From an uncultured bacterium (GTDB taxonomy: Bacteria; Fidelibacterota; Marinisomatia; Marinisomatales; UBA1611), in contig CAZCHA010000022.1 in NCBI GenBank assembly GCA_964498175.1, positions 1 to 20,439 on the forward strand: a stretch of 20,439 nucleotides of DNA, read 5' to 3'. Both the position numbers and the translations under genes were made by a program. Each line of letters begins with the position of its first letter. Position 1 is the first letter of the stretch. This document shows positions 8,592-16,133 of the stretch, in pieces. The notes beneath the pieces were generated by a model. The model saw nothing but the letters and a program-made list of their open reading frames with translations, ran no database searches and was not told the DNA's origin.

Positions 8592-10007
8592 ATGTTAGGA
8601 TTTTCGAACCAAACCATCGCCGATCTTCTATATTGGGTCACCCGCAAACGCTGGTTGATCGCTGCGTTTGCCATTAGCCTGGTTCTTTTTTATATCCCAT
8701 CTCCGGTTTCCTTATCCCCTGAAGCTCACCGCACCCTGATTATCGTGGTTATTGTGCTTATTTTGATTATTGGTGAAGTAATTCCCTTACCGGCAGTGGC
8801 AATTTTGATCCTGATTTTGGAAGTAGTACTGGGAATCGACACTCCTAACGGAGTGGCAACATCCTTTATGAGTGATGCGGTATTTTTTATTATGGGATCA
8901 TTGATGATGGCGGTGGCCATTGTCAGCCAGGGATTGGACAAACGTTTAGCGTTGGGCATTATCAAACTTACGGGTAACAAAACATGGCGGATCGTTTTTG
9001 GATTTGTGGCCATATCAGCTATCTTGTCATCTTTTATTGGAGAACATACTGTGGCGGCCATGATGCTGCCGGTGGCGCTGACGTTGCTCCGGAATACAAG
9101 CGGTGATCAGAAGACCATTCACCGTTTATCTACCATTCTTTTATTCTCCATTGCCTATGGATGTGCCATGGGGTCCATTGGGACACCATCCGGCGGCGGC
9201 CGAAATGTAATTATGATTGGTTATATTTCAGAATTTGGATTGGGGAATATCTCCTATTTGAACTGGATCAAGTATGCCTATCCCATGCTTTTATTGGAAA
9301 TACCAATCGCTGCGGCAATACTTTGGATTACGTTCAAGCCAGACCAACGTGTTTTGGATTCGGCTGTTCGAAAATTAAAGGTGAAAGTGGCTAAAACTGG
9401 GGCAATGACTGGCAATCAAATAATGGCCATTGGCATATTCTTTCTGGTATTTCTGGGCTGGGTATTTTTGAGCCCGTATCTCGGGCTGGGTATCGTCGCA
9501 TTGATCGGAGTATTTCTTTATTTATCTTTTGGTCTCATCGAATGGCAGGATATCAACCGAAATACCAACTGGGGTGTAATTCTGTTATTTGGTGCAGCTA
9601 TATCACTTGGAGTCCAAATGAAAGAGACTGGAGCCGCTGAATGGGTAGCAACTCAATCCATCAATGGGATGAGTATGCTGGTAAATAATCTCGGGTTCAT
9701 GCAATGGTTCATTTCTGTATTTCTCACTGGAATTCTAACAAACTTTTTAAGCAATGCGGCTACGGTGGCGGTTCTGGGTCCAGTTGTATTGGATATGGGC
9801 GGGAATCCAATTATTCTGGGCATATCCACATCCATTGCCTCCTCTTTTGCTTATTTAACAATTGTAGCATCACCCACCTGTATGATTATACATTCCAGTG
9901 GGCTGGTGAAATCAAGTGATTACCTTAAAGCAGGTTGGAAACTCTTTGTCATTTCCATGGTCATCCTGTATTTAATTTCAAACTTATACTGGCCATATTT
10001 ATCGTGA
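8592..10007 (+). CDS. DASS/SLC13-type (ion-transporter superfamily) anion:cation symporter
   Basis: 471-aa polytopic protein. Hairpin-loop motifs GSIGTPSGGGRNV and NFLSNAATVAVLGP resemble the paired SNT/SNA motifs of DASS permeases. Confidence 0.7.
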   Translation: MLGFSNQTIADLLYWVTRKRWLIAAFAISLVLFYIPSPVSLSPEAHRTLIIVVIVLILIIGEVIPLPAVAILILILEVVLGIDTPNGVATSFMSDAVFFIMGSLMMAVAIVSQGLDKRLALGIIKLTGNKTWRIVFGFVAISAILSSFIGEHTVAAMMLPVALTLLRNTSGDQKTIHRLSTILLFSIAYGCAMGSIGTPSGGGRNVIMIGYISEFGLGNISYLNWIKYAYPMLLLEIPIAAAILWITFKPDQRVLDSAVRKLKVKVAKTGAMTGNQIMAIGIFFLVFLGWVFLSPYLGLGIVALIGVFLYLSFGLIEWQDINRNTNWGVILLFGAAISLGVQMKETGAAEWVATQSINGMSMLVNNLGFMQWFISVFLTGILTNFLSNAATVAVLGPVVLDMGGNPIILGISTSIASSFAYLTIVASPTCMIIHSSGLVKSSDYLKAGWKLFVISMVILYLISNLYWPYLS

Positions 10008-10888
10008 AGTTTCTCATTGCAATCGGAAGTAAGGACTATTCTGGTCCCACCCTTGAATTGGGCATGCGTGTTGCCAAGGCATTTAATGCGGCCGTAGATA
10101 TCGTATATGTGGGTGAAAAAATCAGTGCATTCAGTACATCAGAAGTAAAGCTTGCTCAAGAAAATCTGGATAATTGGGAGCTAGATCGAAAAGGTGTGGA
10201 TGTACTCCAATGGGCATATGAATATTTGGTTGAGAATAAATATATCCATTCCGATTCGGAAGACAGCGATTTTAATACAGATAAACTTATTCAGACAGAT
10301 GATGATCGGTGCGAAGTGCATCTGGAAGGGCGTATGACACAGGAAGTGGGTTTAATCTTGAGAAATGGTGATATCATCCAGCAATTAAGGGATGAAGTTA
10401 GACAGGGTCATTATGATGTAACCATAATTGGGGGGAGTGGCGAACGGCGAATGGCTCACGATTTGGTCCAATACATCGATAGCTCCATTTTTATCGTTAA
10501 CCAATTTGATCCAAATCAGAAATACAGGCTTTTATTGGCAGTCGATGATTCAACAGGAACAAAAGGCGCCGTAAAATTTGGGGTGAGAGTTGCCCAAGCA
10601 TTTAAGATTGATGTTGATATCCTGACGGTAAGTAAAGTTGACCGATTTAAAGATGGATATAAAGATGCTGCAGAAAGGGCTGGAAAATTTATGAGGAGAA
10701 CAAGCATTCAATATCAAAATATTTATCGTGTGGGCGACCCATCAGAAATCATTAAAAACGAAGCAGGGGATAACCATATTGTCATTATGGGTGCTTCAAG
10801 CAAAAATCCACTTATGAAATTTTTCAAGGGAAGTAAACCCTTGAACGTAATGGAAGATTGCTCCTGTCCAATATTGATTGTTAAATAG
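10004..10888 (+). CDS. Tandem-domain universal stress protein (UspA family)
   Basis: Two Usp-like halves: VKFLIAIGSKDYS... and YRLLLAVDDSTGTK... The C-terminal half has a degenerate ATP motif, GASS-x9-GS, and ends ILIVK. I prefer GTG 10004 (GTGA overlap with the permease stop) over the track ATG 9935, which adds 23 non-Usp residues inside the permease gene. Confidence 0.65.
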   Translation: MKFLIAIGSKDYSGPTLELGMRVAKAFNAAVDIVYVGEKISAFSTSEVKLAQENLDNWELDRKGVDVLQWAYEYLVENKYIHSDSEDSDFNTDKLIQTDDDRCEVHLEGRMTQEVGLILRNGDIIQQLRDEVRQGHYDVTIIGGSGERRMAHDLVQYIDSSIFIVNQFDPNQKYRLLLAVDDSTGTKGAVKFGVRVAQAFKIDVDILTVSKVDRFKDGYKDAAERAGKFMRRTSIQYQNIYRVGDPSEIIKNEAGDNHIVIMGASSKNPLMKFFKGSKPLNVMEDCSCPILIVK

Positions 10889-10928
10889 TATTAACTTGAT
10901 GGTCTTACCAAATTAAAAGGAGATTGAA

Positions 10929-12506
10929 ATGTTTCAGGATTTAGGATTAACTGTATTAACAAGCCTTGTGCTCATTATGATATCTGTCCCGCCTATCCTT
11001 TTTCTATTCTGGTATATTCATGATAGCCGCCAAAGTCAGCATTCAATTTTAAGAAACTTTCCTCTTTTGGGAAGAGTTCGATATTTTTTAGAAATGTTGG
11101 GCCCTGAGCTTCGACAGTATATGTTTGATGCTGATGATGAAGGCAGGCCTTTCAATAGATCAGATTTTGCAAATATTGTTGTTCAGGGTAAATATTTAAA
11201 AACAGTAATTGCATTTGGATCAAAAAGAGACTTTGAAAAACCGGGCCTTTATCTTCGCAATTCAATGTTTCCCAAGCAGAAGGAGGAAATGAAAGTAGAA
11301 TTATTACCAAAGATTCCTTCAAAGAGATATATTGGCACTGAGGGTCTTTTTTCGAGGACAGAGCACTTGGAGGATGTAGATGTCTCACCATGGATTCTTC
11401 CTGAAGAAGATGCAATTATTATTGGTCCTAATTGCAAAGAGCCATGGAAAGTAAGAGGCCCGGTTGGTATGAGTGCTATGAGCTATGGTGCCCTTGGAGA
11501 AAATGCTATTAGCTCTATGAGTTATGGGCTAGGCGCTGCCACTGGATCATGGGTTCATACTGGTGAGGGAGGGCTTGCCCCTTATCACACAATAGGCGGT
11601 GGGGATGTTATAATGCAAATAGGATCAGGTATTTTTGGAGTTCGAAATGAAGATGGTACATTTAGTTGGGAAAAATTTAAGGAAAAAGCTTCCAACCCTC
11701 AATTACGTTGTTTTGAAGTTAAATTAGCTCAGGGAGCTAAAATTCGAGGTGGACATGTAGAGGGAAGCAAAATTAATGAAGAAATTGCAGCAATTCGTGG
11801 CGTAGAACCTTGGAAAACAGTGGATTCACCCAATAGACATAGACAATTTCATGATTTCCCTACCTTGTTTGACTTTATTGATAGAATGCGTGAAGAAGGG
11901 GGTAAACCCGTTGGAATTAAAATTGTCATGGGAGGTCCTGATAGCGCTGATGAATTAGCCAGTTACATGGCTAAAACATCTAGAGGTCCTGATTTTATTA
12001 CAGTTGATGGAGGTGAAGGTGGATCAGGAGCAACTTATCAAGAAATGGCGGATTCAATGGGAGTTCCCATTAAATCAGCATTAATTTATTGTGATGATGC
12101 ACTTAGAAGAACAGGTGTAAGAGATAGAGTCAAAATATTTGCGAGTGGTAAACTTTTTAGCCCAGATAAAATTGCAATTGCTTTAGCATCAGGAGCTGAC
12201 TTAATTAATATTGCAAGAGGAATGATGATTTCAGTAGGGTGTATTGGAGCTCAAAAATGCCATACGAATAAATGTCCGGTTGGGGTTGCGACAACAGATC
12301 CTGAACACCAAAAAGCCTTGGTTGTAGATGAAAAGAAATGGAGAGTTTTAAATTATGTAATCACATTAAGAAATGGTTTGCAAACGTTAGCAGCAGCGTC
12401 AGGATTAGATTCCTATACAAAATTCAAGAGAGATCATGTTGTTTACCGAGATGAGTATGGGAAAGTCATATCTCTAGAAAAATTATTTCCTTATCCTGAT
12501 GCATAA
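10929..12506 (+). CDS. FMN-binding glutamate synthase family protein (GltB FMN-domain-like), N-terminal membrane anchor
   Basis: 525 aa. N-terminal TM helix LTVLTSLVLIMISVPPILFLFWYI. GltB-domain motifs GEGGLAPYH, KLAQGAKIRGGH, VDGGEGGSGAT, GADLINIARG. Strong SD aaaggag at 10916-10922. Confidence 0.8.
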   Translation: MFQDLGLTVLTSLVLIMISVPPILFLFWYIHDSRQSQHSILRNFPLLGRVRYFLEMLGPELRQYMFDADDEGRPFNRSDFANIVVQGKYLKTVIAFGSKRDFEKPGLYLRNSMFPKQKEEMKVELLPKIPSKRYIGTEGLFSRTEHLEDVDVSPWILPEEDAIIIGPNCKEPWKVRGPVGMSAMSYGALGENAISSMSYGLGAATGSWVHTGEGGLAPYHTIGGGDVIMQIGSGIFGVRNEDGTFSWEKFKEKASNPQLRCFEVKLAQGAKIRGGHVEGSKINEEIAAIRGVEPWKTVDSPNRHRQFHDFPTLFDFIDRMREEGGKPVGIKIVMGGPDSADELASYMAKTSRGPDFITVDGGEGGSGATYQEMADSMGVPIKSALIYCDDALRRTGVRDRVKIFASGKLFSPDKIAIALASGADLINIARGMMISVGCIGAQKCHTNKCPVGVATTDPEHQKALVVDEKKWRVLNYVITLRNGLQTLAAASGLDSYTKFKRDHVVYRDEYGKVISLEKLFPYPDA

Positions 12507-12601
12507 AATTTTATCTCTTTAATTTGAATCACAAACTTACTTCATCTAAATTCATTGTCTGAAAAATCAAAAATTCTATTAATAAGAAAAGGAAATAAAT
12601 A

Positions 12602-13408
12602 ATGGAAGCATTACATCCAATTTTTAAATGGCTCCACATTATTGCAGGTATTATCTGGATTGGTCTACTCTACTTTTTTAACTGGATAAATGGTCACGTT
12701 GTGGCAACCATGGATGCAGATTCAAAACAAAAGGTTGTGCCTGAGCTTATGCCTCGTGCTCTCTACTTTTTTCGTTGGGGTGCAGCCTGGACCTTGATCA
12801 CGGGTATTGTACTCCTCTATGTAGTCTTTTGGGATGGCGCCCTTGTAATGGGCGAATCTGCTGGAAATCTCATGTTCGAAGCAGGAACCGAAGTAACATC
12901 TCTTGCGCACGTTATGTTATTGGTAACCTTTGTTGCTGTTTTTCTTTATGATTATCTTTATAGCAGTGGGTTAATAAAAGATGTTCGTGTAATCACAATA
13001 GTTAGTTTTTTACTCATTGCTGGTGTGGTTTATCTGATGAAGTTTTATGCTGGATTCAGCTATCGCGCATTCAATATTCATCTTGGTGCTCTCTTAGGAA
13101 CCAATATGGCTTTCAATGTATGGTATCGCATTTGGCCCGCCCAACAAAGAATTATTACAGCCATTAAAAATGGTGCAGCACCTGATCCTGCTGATGCCGG
13201 ATTGGCTGGGCTTCGTTCGAAGCATAATACCTACATGAGTTTTCCATTAATGTGGACAATGATCAATCAACACACAACGCCTTTTGCCGGAGGGCAATTC
13301 GGTATTACAGACTCAACCAACTGGTTAGTCTTGATGATCATGGTAGCACTTGGATGGCATATCGTTTGGCAGCTTTATAAAAAATCAGGAACTATTAAAG
13401 GTTTTTAA
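12602..13408 (+). CDS. Integral membrane protein resembling the membrane domain of urate hydroxylase PuuD (Urate_ox_N-like); no cytochrome c domain
   Basis: 268 aa, multiple TM segments. N-terminal WLHIIAGIIWIGLLYFFNWINGH matches my recollection of the PuuD N-domain signature. The protein has no cysteine, so no CxxCH. SD aagga lies 8 nt upstream. Confidence 0.5.
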   Translation: MEALHPIFKWLHIIAGIIWIGLLYFFNWINGHVVATMDADSKQKVVPELMPRALYFFRWGAAWTLITGIVLLYVVFWDGALVMGESAGNLMFEAGTEVTSLAHVMLLVTFVAVFLYDYLYSSGLIKDVRVITIVSFLLIAGVVYLMKFYAGFSYRAFNIHLGALLGTNMAFNVWYRIWPAQQRIITAIKNGAAPDPADAGLAGLRSKHNTYMSFPLMWTMINQHTTPFAGGQFGITDSTNWLVLMIMVALGWHIVWQLYKKSGTIKGF

Positions 13409-13432
13409 AACCCCTTTTCATACCAAAAAGGG

Positions 13433-13470
13433 AAAACCCTCTGCTATAATGGTAGAGGGTTTTTTGTTTT
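13433..13470 (+). terminator. Rho-independent terminator (preceded by a second small hairpin at 13412-13432)
   Basis: aaaaccctct(13433-13442)/agagggtttt(13454-13463) forms a 10-bp stem with an 11-nt loop, followed by a T-run. Confidence 0.75.
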
Positions 13471-13599
13471 TAAAATGTCAGGAACCACTGGGTAATTTCC
13501 TCGAAATTAAATAGTCCAAAAAAGTTGCGAAGGTGCACTCAAGGCTTCTTATAGTTGATAAACTTGGTGTTAATTGGCGCACCTATTAGTAAAAATAAA

Positions 13600-14073
13600 A
13601 TGAAAATAGATCCAAAATTTCCGTCTCACTGGCGCACTTATGTTCTTCAAAGTGTGTACGCGTCGATTGCTGTATTTTTTATTACACTCGTACTGGGTAT
13701 GGAACATGCAGTGGTGATTGCCAGCATTGGAGCAACATCGTTTATTGTATTTGCAATGCCGAATAATATATCCGGACAACCAAAGCGGATTATTGGTGGG
13801 CATTTGCTTGGATTTTTTGTGGGCTCCTGTTTTGCTGTTTTTCCATTAATGGATTTTCTTTTATTTGGTGCTCTTTGGCATGCGTTGGCAGTGGGCATTA
13901 CCCTACTTGCTATGGTTGTACTGGATTTTGAACATCCACCTGCGGCTGGGACAGCTTTAGGAATGACGGTAACAGGGTATTCACAAGATGCTGCCGTCGC
14001 CATCATTACTTCTGTTATTCTACTAGCAATAATTAGCCATTATGCTAAACCCTTTATCCGAGATCTTGTTTGA
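13600..14073 (+). CDS. HPP family membrane protein
   Basis: Diagnostic FEHPPAAGTALG motif and 4-5 TM segments. The track starts at TTG 13555. I prefer ATG 13600 (MKIDPKF...), but the start is uncertain. Confidence 0.75.
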   Translation: MKIDPKFPSHWRTYVLQSVYASIAVFFITLVLGMEHAVVIASIGATSFIVFAMPNNISGQPKRIIGGHLLGFFVGSCFAVFPLMDFLLFGALWHALAVGITLLAMVVLDFEHPPAAGTALGMTVTGYSQDAAVAIITSVILLAIISHYAKPFIRDLV

Positions 14074-14918
14074 AACGATCCTCTGCTATCGGGCTTCTTC
14101 TTCTGACAGGCATTATTTGGAGTACAGGCGGATTCATGGTTAAAGTGATTCCTTGGCCTCCTTTGGTCTTAGCTGGCATTCGAAGTGGAATTGCTGCACT
14201 TGTAATATTTTTGTATGATAAACCGACCCATCTCAGATTTGGAAAGTTTACAGTGGGCGGTGCCATATCCTATGCGATTATGGTCATATTTTTTGTTCTC
14301 GCAAATAAAATGACTACATCAGGAAATGCTATTTTGATTCAGTATACTGCACCAGTTTATGTGGCGATCTTCAGTTTCTCGCTCCTCGGTGAAAAATCTA
14401 ATACAGTTGATTGGATCACTATTTTCTTAATGCTATTAGGTCTAGGACTTTTCTTTTTTGATGAATTATCTTTTACAGAATTTTGGGGGAATATCGCTGC
14501 TTTAATCGCTGGATTTGGATTTGCAGCTACAATTTTATTCATGCGAAAACAAAAAATGGGTCGACCAATTGATTCAGTACTACTGGGGAATTTGATTACT
14601 TTTTTTGTATGTATTCCCTTTATTACCAGCGATGTTACATTTGAGATGAAGCCTTGGATAGGGATTTCTTATTTAGGGATTGTGCAATTAGGTTTATCCT
14701 ACGTGTTTTTTAGTAAAGCTATTCGGTATGTCTCTGCATTAGATGCCATTATTTATCCGGTAATTGAACCTATTTTCAATCCCATACTGGCCTTTTTCTT
14801 TTTAGGCGAAATAATGAGTGGTAATGCCCAAATAGGAGGCGTTTTGGTCATAATTGGTGTCATAAGCCGTGGTTTGCTACAAGTAACTAACACTTCTTAT
14901 AAGAAAAAACCCCGCTAA
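14070..14918 (+). CDS. EamA/DMT-superfamily transporter
   Basis: 282 aa, about 10 TM segments with two-repeat EamA-like organisation. TTG start overlaps the HPP stop (tTTGA). Confidence 0.75.
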   Translation: MKRSSAIGLLLLTGIIWSTGGFMVKVIPWPPLVLAGIRSGIAALVIFLYDKPTHLRFGKFTVGGAISYAIMVIFFVLANKMTTSGNAILIQYTAPVYVAIFSFSLLGEKSNTVDWITIFLMLLGLGLFFFDELSFTEFWGNIAALIAGFGFAATILFMRKQKMGRPIDSVLLGNLITFFVCIPFITSDVTFEMKPWIGISYLGIVQLGLSYVFFSKAIRYVSALDAIIYPVIEPIFNPILAFFFLGEIMSGNAQIGGVLVIIGVISRGLLQVTNTSYKKKPR

Positions 14919-14933
14919 TTGGCGAGGTTTTTT
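14904..14933. terminator. Bidirectional rho-independent terminator between convergent genes
   Basis: aaaaaaccccgc / gcgaggtttttt forms a stem with one mismatch. It is flanked by an A-run on one side and a T-run on the other, so it can serve both the EamA gene (+) and the 65-aa gene (-). Confidence 0.55.
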
Positions 14934-14951
14934 CATTTTTAGTAAAAATAA

Positions 14952-15149
14952 TTAACTGAGTTCACAACTCATATCGTGACCACAACACATGGGCGATTTG
15001 ATTTTTCCACAGCCCGAAGGGCATTTTGCTATAGCGACCTTAGTGCCATCATCTTTCGTTATATGATCATGCTCAAGTGATTCACCGCATTTTGCACATT
15101 TCATATCAGCTACACCCATACCGCAATGTTCACATTCATATTTTGCCAT
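14952..15149 (-). CDS. Small Cys/His-rich putative metal-binding protein (zinc-ribbon/rubredoxin-like knuckles plus desulforedoxin-like CCG motif)
   Basis: 65 aa with 9 Cys and 4 His. Pattern is C6-x2-C9-x8-C18-x2-C21, then C43-x3-C47-x7-C55C56-x5-C62 (PMCCGHDM). SD AAGGA lies 7 nt upstream of the ATG on the minus strand (15157-15161). The gene has its own terminator. Confidence 0.6.
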   Translation of the reverse strand: MAKYECEHCGMGVADMKCAKCGESLEHDHITKDDGTKVAIAKCPSGCGKIKSPMCCGHDMSCELS

Positions 15150-15269
15150 TATTTTTTCCTTCGCTAAATAGTTAGTAATTATCTCATAAAATTTACGACT
15201 GAATTATATATATTTAAAAAATAAATAAACAATAATAGGAATTATTACTATTTATACTTAATCTTACTT
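15150..15269. promoter_or_regulatory. Divergent AT-rich promoter/operator region; candidate PerR/Fur-type operator
   Basis: Inverted repeat aataat-agga-attatt at 15231-15246 lies just upstream of a -10-like tatact (15253-15258). A further Fur-box-like segment, tagtaattatc, lies near 15171-15183. Confidence 0.35.
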
Positions 15270-15638
15270 ATGCGATATAGTCATAAAAGAGAAGCTATTC
15301 AAGAAATTGTATATGGTACAAATTCTCATCCAACCGCTGATTGGATTTTCCAAAAGGCGAAGGTAAAAATCCCTAACATTAGTTTAGGTACAGTTTATCG
15401 AAATTTGAAACAATTGGATGATGCACAATTAATTAATACCATATATGACGGAAATATTGCACGGTACGATTGGAATAGAGAGCCACATGATCATCTGAAA
15501 TGCAAAATTTGTGGTGATTTGATTGATGTGCAATTATTTGATGAGCAAATTCGTAATACTATAAAGAAACAATATAAGTTTGAGGCCGATGATGTTCTAA
15601 TGACGATTATCGGTACGTGTCATAAACATAATAAATAA
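15270..15638 (+). CDS. Fur-family transcriptional regulator, PerR-like
   Basis: 122 aa. SHPTADWI and GTVYRNL form the winged-helix region. H20, D67, H73, H75 and D86 line up by eye with the PerR regulatory-site ligands. One CxxC (C78, C81) plus C117-x2-H120. Confidence 0.8.
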   Translation: MRYSHKREAIQEIVYGTNSHPTADWIFQKAKVKIPNISLGTVYRNLKQLDDAQLINTIYDGNIARYDWNREPHDHLKCKICGDLIDVQLFDEQIRNTIKKQYKFEADDVLMTIIGTCHKHNK

Positions 15639-15649
15639 AGGAGAGTATA

Positions 15650-16063
15650 ATGGCATTAGATGGAACAAAAACCCACGAAAACCTGAAAGCGGCATTTGCT
15701 GGTGAATCTCAGGCCAATCGTCGTTATTTGTATTTTGCGCGGCAAGCAGATATTGAAGGATATCCGGAAGCTGCAGGCGTTTTTAAAAATACAGCCGATG
15801 GTGAAACTGGGCATGCGTTTGGACACTTAGAGTTTTTATCAGAAGTGGGTGATCCTGCAACAGGAAAACCAATCGGTTCTACTGATACAAACTTGGCAGC
15901 AGCAGTAGCTGGCGAAACATATGAATATACAGAAATGTATCCTGGTTTTGCTGCAACAGCACGTGAAGAAGGCCATGATGAAATTGCAGAATGGTTTGAA
16001 ACACTTGCTCGTGCTGAAAAATCCCATGCGGGTAAATTTCAGCAAACACTCGATTCTTTATAA
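15650..16063 (+). CDS. rbr: Rubrerythrin-family diiron protein lacking the rubredoxin domain (erythrin type)
   Basis: 137 aa. Four-helix-bundle diiron ligands: [13 protein letters not shown] (ExxH), [15 protein letters not shown] (ExxH). No cysteine-containing rubredoxin domain. Strong SD aaggagag at 15638-15645. Confidence 0.85.
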   Translation: MALDGTKTHENLKAAFAGESQANRRYLYFARQADIEGYPEAAGVFKNTADGETGHAFGHLEFLSEVGDPATGKPIGSTDTNLAAAVAGETYEYTEMYPGFAATAREEGHDEIAEWFETLARAEKSHAGKFQQTLDSL

Positions 16064-16073
16064 ATCAGTTGAT

Positions 16074-16108
16074 TGATTATCGGGTTCTTTTCTTGAACCC
16101 GATAATCA
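16074..16108 (+). terminator. Perfect 14-bp stem-loop between rbr and the downstream Fe-S gene (attenuator, partial terminator or stabiliser)
   Basis: tgattatcgggttc(16074-16087) - ttttctt - gaacccgataatca(16095-16108). The 3' flank gcttaattctt is only weakly U-rich. Confidence 0.5.
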
Positions 16109-16133
16109 GCTTAATTCTTAAGAGTAACTTTAA

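Noticed and set aside
9935-10003. ATG 9935 as the start of the Usp gene (track coordinates 9935-10888)
   Set aside because: It would add 23 residues (METLCHFHGHPVFNF...) encoded inside the permease gene that do not resemble a Usp N-terminus. GTG 10004 gives the canonical beta1 start (VKFLIAIGS) and a GTGA coupling overlap. This remains unproven because no SD precedes either start.
13521-13556. Sigma-70-like promoter ttgcga (13525-13530) / tatagt (13550-13555) upstream of the HPP gene
   Set aside because: The spacer is 19 nt and the hexamers are weak. This is plausible, but too uncertain to list as a feature in AT-rich DNA where such matches arise by chance.
13555-13599. TTG 13555 as the start of the HPP gene
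   Set aside because: The extra 15 residues are not hydrophobic or conserved-looking, and ATG 13600 is available. I cannot settle the start from sequence alone.
14935-14949. AT-only palindrome attttta-g-taaaaat next to the bidirectional terminator
   Set aside because: An all-A/T stem is too weak to be meaningful, and the adjacent GC-containing hairpin explains termination.
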